Under the pieces are notes generated by a model. That model was not told the DNA's origin and did not search any database. It saw nothing but the letters and a program-made list of their open reading frames with translations. Shown here piece after piece: positions 12,631 to 25,023 of a stretch of 64,000 bases of DNA. Positions within the stretch are counted from its first letter, which is position 1. Each line of letters begins with the position of its first letter. Source of the stretch: Callorhinchus milii (taxonomy: Eukaryota). The DNA is taken from contig NW_024704742.1 in assembly GCF_018977255.1 (NCBI RefSeq), positions 53,446,001-53,510,000 on the forward strand, in the 5' to 3' direction. Made by a program: the position numbers and the translations under genes.

Positions 12631-14564
12631 TTAGTGATACTAACTCACTGGACAATACTAACTAGTGATGAAGAGTAGAACCACTTGCCAGAAATCAATT
12701 GCAGTGCCTTCACCACAAGCCTGGCAACCTGATATGGTACAAGAAAACAAGGACACAGTCATTGATTGCAGTGTTGATTGTCTCTAGCATGAGTAAAACA
12801 AATGTTATTCAATAAAATGAAGGCTCACACCTAAAACCTAAAAGTAAATGCAAAAACACTGCAGATTATAGAAGAGTATTGTTGTATGGAACGTTGTGAG
12901 ACTGAAAGCCTCTCATTGAGGCGACAATTCCCTTTAAAGACCTGAGTGACTCCATGCCCCTTTAAGGGCTTGCTTATTGAATGCATACCTGAAATAGAGC
13001 CTAATAGATCAATTTCAGTTGGGTTTCCAATGTGCGTAGTTTTCTTGGACCAAGTTCAGTCCTGGTAGCTGCTTTGCTCAAGTGCTCGACATTTTATAAC
13101 CAAACATTTACACGCAATAATGTAACATGCAATAGGTAATTCAAAGTGCCACATTTTCTTTGAAGTGATGCCACTGCTGTGTCTGTGCTTCAGAGTTTGA
13201 AAACCTTGCTGGCTTTTATAACTTGGCAACAAAAAAAATCATCTTTTATATGAAAGAAAGGGAAGAATGTTAAAGTTCACTGCTCTCCACATTCCAATCA
13301 TTTAAAAACACGGGTTTACATCACTGAAGAAATAAGACAGCCGAGAATAAGGGAAAAACAGTAATAGTATATGTCAGTAGAGTCCCAACAAGTTATAAAG
13401 ATTTGCTTTACCTTAAGGTAACCTATGCCCTTAGCAGAGGCCAAATACTTCAGGGAGGAACTGAGACAGGGAAAAATGTTGTGCATTTCCTCTTTGCATA
13501 ATTAAATGATAGCTATGTTCCCCTTTGAATTATGTTCACAATATCAATATAGAGATGGCCACACAGCAAATTCTAACACTTTTCGGTGACTGAAGGATGC
13601 GTGAGACAGACCAATGGTGTTCAAACATCCTATAACACGTCTTGCAGTCTTGCATATCTTGGAATGGTTCCTCTCTGAACATAAGTCATGTAATACTGTA
13701 GTACATAATCTCTGATACATTTCCAGTCAGTGTTAGTTGCAATAACCCGTAAAGTTGAACCCAGACAGATTTATAAGTACACGTACATTCTGTTCCTCAA
13801 AATTAATGGGTTGCACTCAAGCATAAGCCATGTGGCAAGTTTCCATCACCAGTACAGTTGAATGTTATACACTCATATGTTACATTCCTAGGAACGTTTG
13901 GTTGTACTGTTGGAAAGAATCATAAGTTCTCAAATTATCAACGTGCTGCACAGTATGTATTTGTTTTGTACAATATTTACTTCTTTCACAACATTTTTCT
14001 CAAATGAAAGCATCTCATTTTCACATTTTCTCAATATTAATGTCAATGACTTACAATTACAAAATTGACAATGGACATAGCAATGGGAGCAGATGGAGGG
14101 AAAAAATTCACTAAGTGAGTGACAAAGGCTTATCTTGCATATACAGTTCAGTTCAAGTTACAGGACAAGATTCTCAGACATTTATACGTAAGGAGCAGGT
14201 CCCACTCTTGTCCTTATAGTAGAACTAAAAATGATGAGAAAATATGACTCATTTTATTAATTTTATGGTGAATTTATGTACTTATCGAAATGATAGGAAC
14301 CAGTATTTTTCCACTCTGCCTAAATGACGTTGCTAAATATGGGCACTTATGTGCTCTACAAAGCAGTCTGAGACTCTCCTAGCTTCTTGTACTTAGAATC
14401 CTTGCAGATAAATAAAGAGAGCAACATCCCTTCAACGTCCCTGCATTAAACTTGGTTCTTAAATGTATTAAGGAAAGTATGTTGACCAATTTGCCAAAAC
14501 CCAATGTAGGTATTTATAAAAGTTATTGTCATCTTATTCAGTTTCAGTGAGATTCACTAATCTA

Positions 14565-14952
14565 GGTGGCACACCAGAGTCAGAAGGTTGCAGGTTCAAG
14601 CCCCATGTCATGGCTTAAGCTCATAGACTGTGTTGAAGCTCCACTGTAGTCCTGGGGTAGCTTGGCATTGTTGGAGGTGCTATTCTTGAGATGAAACAAT
14701 AAACCAAGGTACTGTGGTAACCAAATAGACATCAAAGATCCCATGACCCAATTGAAAAAAGGCAATTTCTCCCAGCATCCTGGAGAACAATCCTCCAAAT
14801 AAATTGAGCATTCCAGTTTATGGATGTTTGTGGGATATTGCTGCGCACAAAATGACTGCTGCACACAAATGCAGAGTGACTTCGCTTAACAGCAATTTGC
14901 TGCAAAGGATGCTGAGACATATTGATGTTAAAGGGAGGATATGATTATTATA
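14565..14952 (+). mobile_element. Deu-domain SINE, near full length
   Basis: GAGTCAGAAGGTTGCAGGTTCAAGCCCCA tRNA-like head and TTGGAGGTGCTATTCTTGAGATGAAAC...AAAGATCCCATG core. Confidence 0.8.
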
Positions 14953-15759
14953 ATCTAAGATTTGACTAAATATTGATTACAATGCAGTTCCAGAATTGGA
15001 TTTTTATTGTAAACTAAAAATGGTTGGCATATGAAATGTGGGAATTGATTTTGTGCATTCCATGTTTCATTCATGAAATGCAAAGGAAATCATCCACTTC
15101 ATGACTGTTTGTGTGGCAGTATTACACTAATTGGCTGCTGCGTTTGCCAACAAATACAGTCACTTGTTTTGACATGTTCACAATGTGATAAGGCATCAAA
15201 TGCAAGGATTATTATATTAACATGTTCAATTTAAAAAAAGGAGAAAAACTTTTTTTTACTCTTTGATGTTTCCCACCTTAACTTAGTACAAGTAATGCTA
15301 GATATTCCAGGAAAATTATTGTATTAAATGTACAGAGGTAATTAAAACAATGGAGGTCACTGTTAGAACAATCAGGCTTTGGATGATAATTCAAACCGCT
15401 GAACATTGGCCAGCAGGGGAGTCAACAAGAAGGAAAAGCTATGTGGAGCACCAGTTGAATTATTGCTGGTAACGTAAAATTAGACTCCTGAGTTAAGAAG
15501 AACTTATAAGATCACATTATAAGAACTTATAAGGCCGCAGAGCAAGGTTGGAGGAGAAGGTGACCATAGGCGCAGTCCAAGAAGTAGGTTTTGGTGTGGG
15601 ATTTAAGGACATATATAGGAGAGAAAAGAAAGAGGTAAAGGGACAGAATTCCAGGTTCCCTTCAGCACATTTTATCTCAGCCTTCCAGAATACCCACTCT
15701 ACCATCCTCCCATCACAGCATCAATCTGTTTCTTAAGAGTCCAGGATCTTGGCCTCACC

Positions 15760-16065
15760 CACCCTCTCTGATAACCTCTCCCAATTGTTAATTACCCTTT
15801 GGATAAATAAATATTTAATGATATTATTACTGAAACTGCTCCTTTTGAACCCTAAACCTGTACTCTCTTGTTTTTCTGTCTCAATGCATCCAAACATATT
15901 CTGAATTTACGTTCTCAATCCCATTTTAAATCTTCTGTGCCTCAATAATGTCTCCTCTAAGATTTCTCTTTTGATGACTGAAGAGCCCCAACTTGTCTAA
16001 CCATTGCTCACAGTTCATTTCTCTAACACTGGGAATCATCCTTGTTGCTCTCCACTGTATGGCCA
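15760..16065 (-). mobile_element. Old CR1 LINE C-terminal fragment
   Basis: Minus strand reads approximately QWRATRMIPSVREMNCEQWLDKLGLFS...RGDIIE, matching CR1 QRRATRMIP.LxxLGLFSLE..RGD. Confidence 0.7.
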
Positions 16066-16411
16066 CTAGGGGACATGAACCATACCACATTGCTGTGATT
16101 CCTTTGGTTCGGTTACAAAATAATATGAGAACAATGGCTAATACATGAATTTACTATTCCTAATAATAATCCATGCATTTCATATGATGCCTTCTACATT
16201 GGGAGGACATCCGAAAGAGCTTCACAGAATTTATTGTAAAGTGTAGTGACCGTGTATTTTGTAGGTGCACATGGCAGCTAATTTGTGTGCAGTCATGTCC
16301 CAAAACTTGATTTGCCCGGCAGAACAGAAGGAATAATTTGAAGATAAAATTCGCAATCCAGTAAGAATGAAAAATCCTTTAAGACTACACTGTGTGAGAG
16401 TGTCTCACATA

Positions 16412-16639
16412 ATATTTTAGTCACTGTGATATATTTTAGTCACTGTGTCTATTGAAACCTTCAGGGCAGATTCAGGTTCAGAGATATTTTAGTCACTGTG
16501 TCTATTGAAACCTTCAGGGCAGATTCAGGTTCAGAGATATTTTAGTCACTGTGTCTATTGAAACCTTCAGGGCAGATTCAGGTTCAGAGATATTTTAGTC
16601 ACTGTGTCTATTGAAACCTTCAGGGCAAATTCAGGTTCA
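16412..16639. repeat. 53-bp tandem repeat, about 4 near-identical copies plus a short partial unit
   Basis: CACTGTGTCTATTGAAACCTTCAGGGC starts at 16441, 16494, 16547 and 16600. Confidence 0.97.
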
Positions 16640-18100
16640 ATCATTGCATCAAGGTTGATCATTATCAACTGGGTTTAGCTGTAATTTAAGAAAACGCACT
16701 TCTTTGACCACACTTTCGGTCATTTTTCCCCTGGGCTATATGAATATAAAATGTATTTGTATTGCAATTCTTATCAATGTGATATCCAAGACCAGTGATA
16801 ATTATCACATTATATATCTCATTTTTCACTTCAATACGTGAACAAGCGAGGTAAGGCAATTGCAATAAAGGCTCTACAATCACTATGTTTAAAAGAGAGT
16901 AGTTTGGATACATTCCAGGTTCCTTGGTGAATGACAGCAAAACATTGGAAAATATTTCAGCTACCACAGATTATGAAGACCTGTCATCGTTAAACTCCCA
17001 AACTCAAAGGAATCTTTTTAAATGTAAAACAGCGGGGCTCAAACTAATAAGACAGGGAAGGGGGAAATCAAGACAATAAACTGGGTAACTTTGAAGGGAT
17101 GGTGAGAGATGAGAACAAAGGGGAAGTTGAAAAGTTAAAGGAAATTTAACAAGATAAGAAACTATAAAAGAGAGATCAGGAGGTGAGGATGGGGAGAAAG
17201 GAAAAAAATTGCCAAGTATGAGCAGCAAATATAAAGTGATGTTAGTGACAACAGCAACATAATGACCCGGAAAATGGCCATTTGAATAATAGCATCCTTG
17301 CATTTGATATAGTGCCTCATCATGTCATTGAGACGTCTCAAAGTGCTTCACAGGATATATTGTAAAGTGGTGGGCGCATGCTACGAACTGAGCCAGGCTG
17401 ACACCTCATCATTCTCCTGGCTGACATTCTTATGCCACTGAAATTTCCTTTTCATTGGTTGTTAATTACACAATTAACAGCATCTGTAAGTTCTTAGTAT
17501 TTACACATCGTTTACATAATATTTAAACTAGATCCTTATGTTTCCGCAACACTAAGACATAAGCTCTTGAGAATGAAAACTGGTAAGAGGAGGAAAAAAG
17601 AACCATTTTCATGTTAAAGAAGCACTTTCTGAGTGTTTCAAAAATAAGTCTCAGTTTAACCTTGCAGCTGTGCTTTTAAATGGAATTATTGTTCAACTGT
17701 GACTCATTGGCATTTTGTTACATTTCTCGTATACAGATTACAAGGTGAAGTGTGGATAGTACAGCGTGAGAATGAACAAGTGGCTTGTGAATGGATCTGG
17801 AGACATCATTGTGGAATAACAGCACCACTAGGGCTTTCCACTGCTTCTGCTCACCAAACTGGTGTCTGGCCACCATGGTCTGTGGGTTACCACAATTTGG
17901 GTGATTAAGCATGCCATCTTGTAATGCACACTCCCAACATGCTGGACAGCCTTTGGAGGTAATTTAGAAACAAGGACCAGATGTCAATAAAAAATGTGCC
18001 TCATTGAACACAGTACTTTCTTGGACTGAGCTATTTTCTACATTGACTGGGTATACAGTGGGATTTTGTCATTGGGAAATGCAAATTGGCTGCAAATAAA

Positions 18101-18268
18101 CGAGAGGACCTGTGCTCGATTCCCAGGTAGGGCAAAACTTTGGGCATGTTTCCTTACTTCACACACCTTTGTTTACGTAGCGGTAAGTAGGAACCCAGTT
18201 GTTGGATTGCTTTTCTGGTTGTAATAATCCCTTCAAAACAAAAACAATTTAAAAAAAAATTTGGTCAC
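18101..18268 (+). mobile_element. Partial long-variant tRNA SINE
   Basis: GGGCAAAACTTTGGGCATGTTTCCTTACTTCACACACCTTTGTTTACGTAGCGGTAAGTAGGAACC. Confidence 0.85.
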
Positions 18269-19117
18269 ACTCTGGTCCGTAATTCAGGTCCGAAACTCTG
18301 TCTGTCCAGTGCTTTGGGACATCCTCCCAACATGAAAGGTGCTTTAGAAATGTCATTTTGTTGTTGTTGTTGCTAAATTGACTGCATTCTCATCTCTAAA
18401 ACAGAGGTTGTGGTTTCAAACTCTTCCCCCAGCTTGGTTTTGTGCTCTGCCACTGTCAAGCGCTCTGGGATGCTACTGTGTTTGAGGGGCGTGATATAAA
18501 TGCAAGTCGCTGTTGTTGTAAAGCTAGAGATATAAGTGATCATGTTCAATGTCTGGGTAACAAGCTTGAGAATTTATGGAAACTGTTCACATTCAGCCAA
18601 AGGTCTAGATTGAAACAACCTGGACAAACAGCCCTGAGATGGTTTCAATTAAGGTAAAAAATGTATATTTATTAAACAGCAAGGCAAAAAAGAAAAATAA
18701 GCATTGCAACATTTGAGGAACCATGGACCTCAGACTGCCCTGTAATAAATGCACTTTAACTAGGTTTCCTGCATTAGTTTTGCTGCACTGGGAAATTGCT
18801 TACTGTTTGGAACACGTTACTTGTATAGACAAGTAGCAACAAACAGGAAATTAGGGTCTTGACTCTTCTCATCTTCTTTTTCTTCATTTATGGCTGCATC
18901 ATGGATATCGCAGCTCAGTAGCTACCAAAAACATGGTATTGATTTGGCCCGGAGCTAACCTGGATTGGTGCAACCATTCAGAGGGCCAGTTTTTGAAACT
19001 GACTTTGAAAACAACCCACTGAATCAAAGAAACAAGGAAGCTCAGGTTTACTGAACTGGGGTAGATCTGATGGTGGAGACCACAGCTTAGAGGAGCTTCA
19101 TACATAGAAGTGGTTCA

Positions 19118-19390
19118 ATAATAATAATAATAATCCTTACACTTGATACAATGCCTTTCGCATCAGGAGGATGCGCTTCACAGAATATACTATAAAGTGG
19201 AGTGAAGAGACTTTGTGGGTGAATGCGGTAGACAAATTGTGCACAGCAGTTTTTGTGGGACTTTGACCTCCATTAAGTGAATAATCCATTTTATTTGGGG
19301 GATTGTTGGCCAGGACATTGGGAGAAACTGCCCTGTCTTTACAAATAGTGCCACCAGATCTTTAATGTCCACTTGAACAGGCAGATGGCA
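19118..19390 (-). mobile_element. Deu-domain SINE, 3' half
   Basis: (AAT)n tail and GTTGGCCAGGACATTGGGAGAAACT...GATCTTTAATGTCCACTTGAACAGGCAGA. Confidence 0.8.
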
Positions 19391-21689
19391 ATACACCAGA
19401 AGGAATTCAGCAATTAAACTAAAAAACAAAAATACAGAGAGGACCTGGTATGAGGACAAGAAACAATTTTCTGGTGTGAAGAAAACTGACAAGAAGGAGA
19501 TTGCATTAAACCACCAAATTAGGATAGTTACTACAATCAAACCAGACCTGTGAAACAACCGGCACTCACATATGAGGTTACAGACCTTTCCAGGGGAAAA
19601 TCAATGTTATGTCATAAAGGTTGATAAAAGAGGAGTTACTATTGAATTTGGCTATGGTAACGTTCTATTCAAACTAAATTTTAATAGAAAGTGTTCCTCG
19701 TCCAGAATTGACTCAAGGCATAAAATGCATTGTACAAGAAATTTATATCTTTACAAGCTGTCTGTTGCATGGTGCTATCCCAATAAAGCGATTGCCAGGA
19801 AGTGTACATGACTTGTGAAACTATCTGGACAGCATTATAACAGTCGCAGTTCATTATCTACAAATTCCGTGCTGCATATTGATGTTTGTTCAGTTTACAA
19901 TGGAAGGGATAACAAGACAAGTGCAGTTAATCCAGATGGGACCAAATTTATGACTCATTCCTTGCTTCCCGTTGGATTTTATTCTTGGATTGTTTCCTGT
20001 CTTGCAGTTTTCATCTTCATTAATTATTTTGTTTTGTTTATCCTTCACTTCAACAAAATAGTCTATTTTCTGTTTCACCACCGTCTTTTTTCCAAATCGT
20101 TTCCTTGTTCCATTTTAGGCTTCATTAGTGCAATCTACAGCTGGTGGACTACATTGTACGACCGACCCATGCACAATAAACAATGTGAAAGATAATAATA
20201 ATTGTTGTATTTGATATACAGCCTTACCATACCATTGAGATGTCTCAAAGTGTTTCACAAAATATACTGTAAAGTGTATCAACTATGTACTTTGTGGGCA
20301 AAAGTACATTTTTACTTTAAACATTTTAAGAAAATACAATTTTATTTTACAAAATGTAAATAACGTAGAATTACATAGAATCTACAACACCAAAGTAGGT
20401 CATTTAGCTCACTAATCCTTGGTAATGTTTATACTCCACATCCATCCAAATCCCCACCCTCACCTCCTTAAGCCTCCATTCCTCCCCCCTCTTGCTTCCA
20501 TCCCTCTCCCTCTACTGCTACCCAGGAGGTAACTATGGCTTTGAAAGATCTTGTGACTAATTTTACATTTCCATCCAAATCTCCATTCCCTCCACCTGAG
20601 TCTGAGTGTTAAGAGCTCAAGCAATGGACATGCATAAGACATGCAGGACATGAAATGCTCACTGTGAGTTGTTTGGGGCTGAACAGAGGTGGGTGAGTTG
20701 ATGACATTTTATTTTCATATGTTCATTAAGTTGTTTATTAAGTTTTTTTTAAAAATGCCATTTATTTGCGATACTTGTTCAATGTTCACAGTCCAAATGT
20801 ATGTAAAAAAATTGATCAGTGGCGTTATCCCTTTTGCAAAACGATTTTAGGTTCCTGTGTAATGAAAAATTATACATCTCATTTTCACTGCTTAGGATGA
20901 AATATATCAGTGACTTGTGACTTTATCAGGAAATATTTCCTTTTTTAAGGCTTTCTCTCTATTTCTTGACTGCAGACTTCCCCATGAGGATAGAGAAGCA
21001 AGTGTGAGAAGCAAGAAACTTTTACATTGCAGATGACTTACAAGCTCTGGGCTGAGCCAATAGCAGCAGGCAATAATACCCAAGTGTCTGAGAAATCTTG
21101 GAGAAATTTCAACTCAGCTAAATGACAGAAACAAAACTGACTGTCCACCTGGAAGGAAATACCCTTAAACAATGACAGCTCAGACTCTGAATAGTAAAGG
21201 AGCCATAAACTCAATATGTGGGATGTTAATAGAAGGTGAAAATGGACTGTTACTCAAAGCCAAATGGAAACAGCAACTTCAAGCCAACCAAATTCTGTTC
21301 CTTTCCATGGCCCCACACTTGGGCCACAAAGGAGGAAAAAAAGGATCGAGTCCAAGTTCCAGGAGGGAAAGAGGAAGAATTCTCAGTGGATAGAGGAACT
21401 TTTAAAATATCTAAGTTTTATGATTGGTTCAGTGAACTACAACTTTTGCTAAAAGCGTAATAGGGAGCAGATGAGCAGAGGCCAGGCAATAAGAGTTAAG
21501 TATCATGGGGGTGGGGGTTAATGGAAGTATTTAGTAAAGAAAACAAAAACAAATATTTTGGAGGCAACTTAGCCTCCAGTTCCATGTAAGGTCAGAGGAT
21601 ACATGAGATGAAGGAAGGAAGGAAAAAAAGAAAGAAGGAAGGAAGAACTGAAGTGTTTATTGTGCTCCATCAAGTCTCAAAATAATTAC

Positions 21690-21950
21690 CTGTAAGTGCT
21701 TTTGTAGGTAAACATATCTGAACAATATTTGGCCTAATGCAATAGTTTCTAAGGGAACTTTAAAGTTCATCTGAAGGCCGCGGAAAAGAGACCTTAGGTT
21801 AACAGTTCATCCAAAGGATGAGATATTAAACCAAGGAATATCCCTCATTCCCTCAGAATGTCAGCACAATGTATGAGCTCAGTCCTGATCTGGGAGACAA
21901 ACCCAAAATCTTCTGATTCAGAGACAGTATTCTACAAACTAAGCTACCTT
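21690..21950 (-). mobile_element. Highly degenerate Deu-domain SINE
   Basis: GGTTAACAGTTCATCCAAAGGATG...TCTTCTGATTCAGAGACAGTATTCTAC resembles the reverse complement of the head and core. Confidence 0.55.
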
Positions 21951-22149
21951 GAAATAAGTCATCAAAGGTAAGAAGTGGTAGCTCCTGGATGAATCATATT
22001 GTCATCTTTGGATACACCAGACATGAACAAGCTGTGGATAAGAAATGACACATGTTTTAAGTATAGTAACTTTGAGTTTGTACATGAAACAATGACTGAA
22101 TAGTCCAGCTAATGTACATTGTCAAGGTGGCTACACATGGATAAATAAG

Positions 22150-22420
22150 GAATTTCTCTCCCTGGGTCTTTGAAGAATTGAACAAAAATCAAGATTGTCA
22201 TTTGTTCGATCAAAGGGCATCATGGATATCAAGGTTTTGTAATTTAACCACTGCACATAGAGAGGTCTTGTGATCTGTGGCTGTGCAGTCTGAAGAAAGT
22301 TTAATATGGAATAATCAGCAAAAGAGTGGAAAAAGTTGGATGATGAATGGATGAGATCATCGATGAGAAAATTCTGAGTGGGAAACAGAATATAGGCTTC
22401 GGTTACCATAGCGGGAAAAT
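22150..22420 (-). mobile_element. Ancient non-LTR retrotransposon RT fragment (CR1-group, Crack/Daphne-like)
   Basis: YILFPTQNFLIDDLIHSSSNFFHSFADYSIL, then LFNSSKTQ in another frame; parallels SILxPTLFLIFINDL...IHSFADDSTL...FNASKTQ. Confidence 0.55.
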
Positions 22421-22899
22421 ACCATTTGGGGTATTTTGCATGGAAACGTTTCATAAATCTGTTAGCGCTCTTAGTTTTAGCATCACATGATGGGAATTCT
22501 GAAATAGATGATGACATAATGTTTGCATTGAAAAATGTTCTATTATATTGACTTTCAAAACGTTGCTAAATGCTCTGCAAAATCTCTTTAATTTGGCATA
22601 TCAGAGTGATGTGGATTCTAACGTAATATTTATAATAATCATCATTTGCTTTCTAATTCTGCTCTAAAACTATATTCCTTTAATCAAAAATCAATCTTAA
22701 ATTCTTTGCTATAAATTCCTCCTGAAATTGTTCTCATCATATCAATATTTTAGAAATTACGTTAATTTGACATTCAGCAACATTTAATTCTTCTTCTGAC
22801 TTGCTTTACAGTTTAACAGTTTAATCACAAGGTTACCTTTGCTTTACGATACAAATAACGGATCGATTGCAAGATCCTTTCACTAATTTTAAAATCCTT

Positions 22900-23243
22900 T
22901 CATGCCCTGGCACCTCCCTATCTATCCGATTTGCTTAACCCACACTCCCCCATTTGCTGCCTCCACTCGGCTGGCTCCGACCTCCTGTTCGTCCCTCCTC
23001 CCCTCCACTCTACCATCGATGACCACTACACCCCAAAACTCTGAAACTCTCTCCCTGAATCACTCTGCCTTGCCCCCTTCCTCCCCACATTCATATCCCA
23101 CCTAAAGACCTTCATTTTTGATTGTGCTTATGGTCACCTCACCCCTCCCTCTCCCCCTGGCTTGGGGTCAGACTCCGCCACTGTATAGCGCTCCGGGATG
23201 CTAGCCCGCAAGAAGGGCGCTATATAGCAGGTTCCTGTTGTTG
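22900..23243 (+). mobile_element. Older L2 3' end
   Basis: CATGCCCTGGCACCTCCCTATCTATCC (HALAPPYLS) through the tail GGGCGCTATATA...TGTTGTTG. Confidence 0.8.
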
Positions 23244-23416
23244 ATCCACAGGCTTCTCTGTTTGTGTATAACCTATCTGATACTCCAGAACCATTTTTGC
23301 CAGCTGCATCCTGATATCATGAAAGTCCCGATATGATGAGATTTCAGTGCAGCAAACTAGATATTACAGATTGGCTATTGCCTCGTCTGGTGTAGCTGCC
23401 CCAATGAATGAGGGGT

Positions 23417-24830
23417 AACAACAACAATGACAACAACAAAATTACATTTATAGAGTGCCTTTCACATTGGGAGGACGTCCCAAAGCGCTGAACAATCAGG
23501 TGTCGGAGCCCGAGCATTGGGGAGGGGTGGGGTAGGGGGGAGGGAAGGCAGAGAGGTGGGAGGGAGACCAAAGGCACGGTCGAAGAGAAGGGTGTTGAGA
23601 CCGGCTTTGAAAGAGGCAAGAGAGGAAGCGAGGTGAAGGGACTGTGGGATGGAGTTCCAGAGTGTGGGGGCAGAGAGGCTGAAAGCCCGGCCACCGATGG
23701 TAGGGCGGGTCAGGTGGGAGGCATGGAGCAGGTCGGAGACCACTGAACGGAGGGAACAGGCAGGTTTGTTAGGGAGTCAGCAGGTCATAGAAGTAGGAGG
23801 GGGCAAGGCCATGGATGGCCTTGAAAATGAGGATGAGGATCTTGAACTCGATCCTCTGCGGGATGGGGAGCCAGTGGAGTCGGGCGAGGGTGGGAGTGAT
23901 GGGGTCGCGGAGCCTGGTGCGTGAGAGTACACAAGCTGCGGAGTTCTGGATGATCTGCAGCTTGTAAAGGGAAGAGTTGGGAAGGCCGATGAGGAGGGAG
24001 TTCCCGTAATCAAGCCTTGAGGTGATGAATGCGTGGGTGAGGGTTTCGGCAGCCTGAGGGGTGAGGCAGTGGCGGAGTCTGGCAATGTTGCAGAGGTAAT
24101 GGTAGGCGTGCTGGTAATGGCGCGGATGTGGGGGAGAAAGGGCAGTTCAGGGTCAAACAAGATACCCAGGTTCCTGACTGGCTTAGTGAGGTTGAGTGTG
24201 CAGCCGTGGAGGCTGATGCTGCCAGTGCCTGAGGTGCGGAGGCGCTGGCACGAGCCAATCAGGAGGTCCTCGATCTTGCTGACATTGAGTTGGAGAAAGT
24301 TGTCGCTTGTCCAGGACTTAACGTCGGACAGGCAGTCGGTCAGGATGCCAGTATTCTTGTAGTTCAGGGTGGAGGCAGAGAGATAGAGTTGGGTATCATG
24401 TGCAAACATGTGGAAATTTACCCCATGTCTGCGGATGACGTCACCAAGGGGGAGCATGTTGAGGGTGAAGACGAGGGGACTGAGGACAGAGCCCCGAAGA
24501 ACACCGCACGAGACAGTGCAGGGACTGGAGGAGAAGCCGTTTGCTGCGACAAAGTGGAGGCGGTGTGAAAAGTAGGATCTGAACAGTCAAAGACAGAACC
24601 TTGAAGGTTGAGGTGGGAGGAGAGGTGGTGGAGGAGGATTGAGTGGTCCACGGTGTCAAAGGCTGTGAAGAGGTCGAGGAGGACAAGGAGGCAGAAAGAC
24701 CCCTGGTCGCACATGGTCAGGATGTCGTTTGTGACCTTGACCAGAGCAATTTCCGTGCTATGGGCAACACAGAAACCCGATTGAAGGGCTTCATGGAGGC
24801 AGTGGGAGCAGAGGAGGAGGAGGAGGTCAG
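23417..24830 (-). mobile_element. L2 LINE, 1.4-kb 5'-truncated copy with RT domain
   Basis: LVLLDLFTAFDTVDHSILL...[25 protein letters not shown]...NFLQLNVSK...VRNLGILFD; frameshifted; (TTG)n tail at 23417. Confidence 0.95.
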
Positions 24831-24933
24831 GAAAGCTGTGTAAGTACTGGCTTGCAATGTATGAAAAGAGAGTTCAAAACACATACTTGTATGGAAATTT
24901 GCTGTTTTATATTTTTGCTTTCTCTTCTTAAAG

Positions 24934-25023
24934 GCATTGTAAATCTATTATTACTGCATTCTTGCTCTCCTGAGCATCGACCTCGTCCCCCTGCCCCATA
25001 CCGTGATGCAGAGCGGGTGTTAA
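24934..25023 (+). other. Candidate 90-nt internal exon (phase 1-1)
   Basis: Acceptor TTTTTGCTTTCTCTTCTTAAAG, donor GTAAGT, and a single open frame xIVNLLLLHSCSPEHRPRPPAPYRDAERVL. No homolog recognised. Confidence 0.3.

Noticed and set aside
13540..13680. Harbinger transposase C-terminal remnant on the minus strand (ILQSPKSVRICC)
   Set aside because: Similarity is too weak and no catalytic motif is visible.
16412..16639. CRISPR array
   Set aside because: Contiguous identical units with no spacers, in a eukaryotic context with no cas genes.
19572..20195. 79-aa and 126-aa plus-strand ORFs
   Set aside because: No recognisable domain or splice context; composition is consistent with chance ORFs in T-rich DNA.
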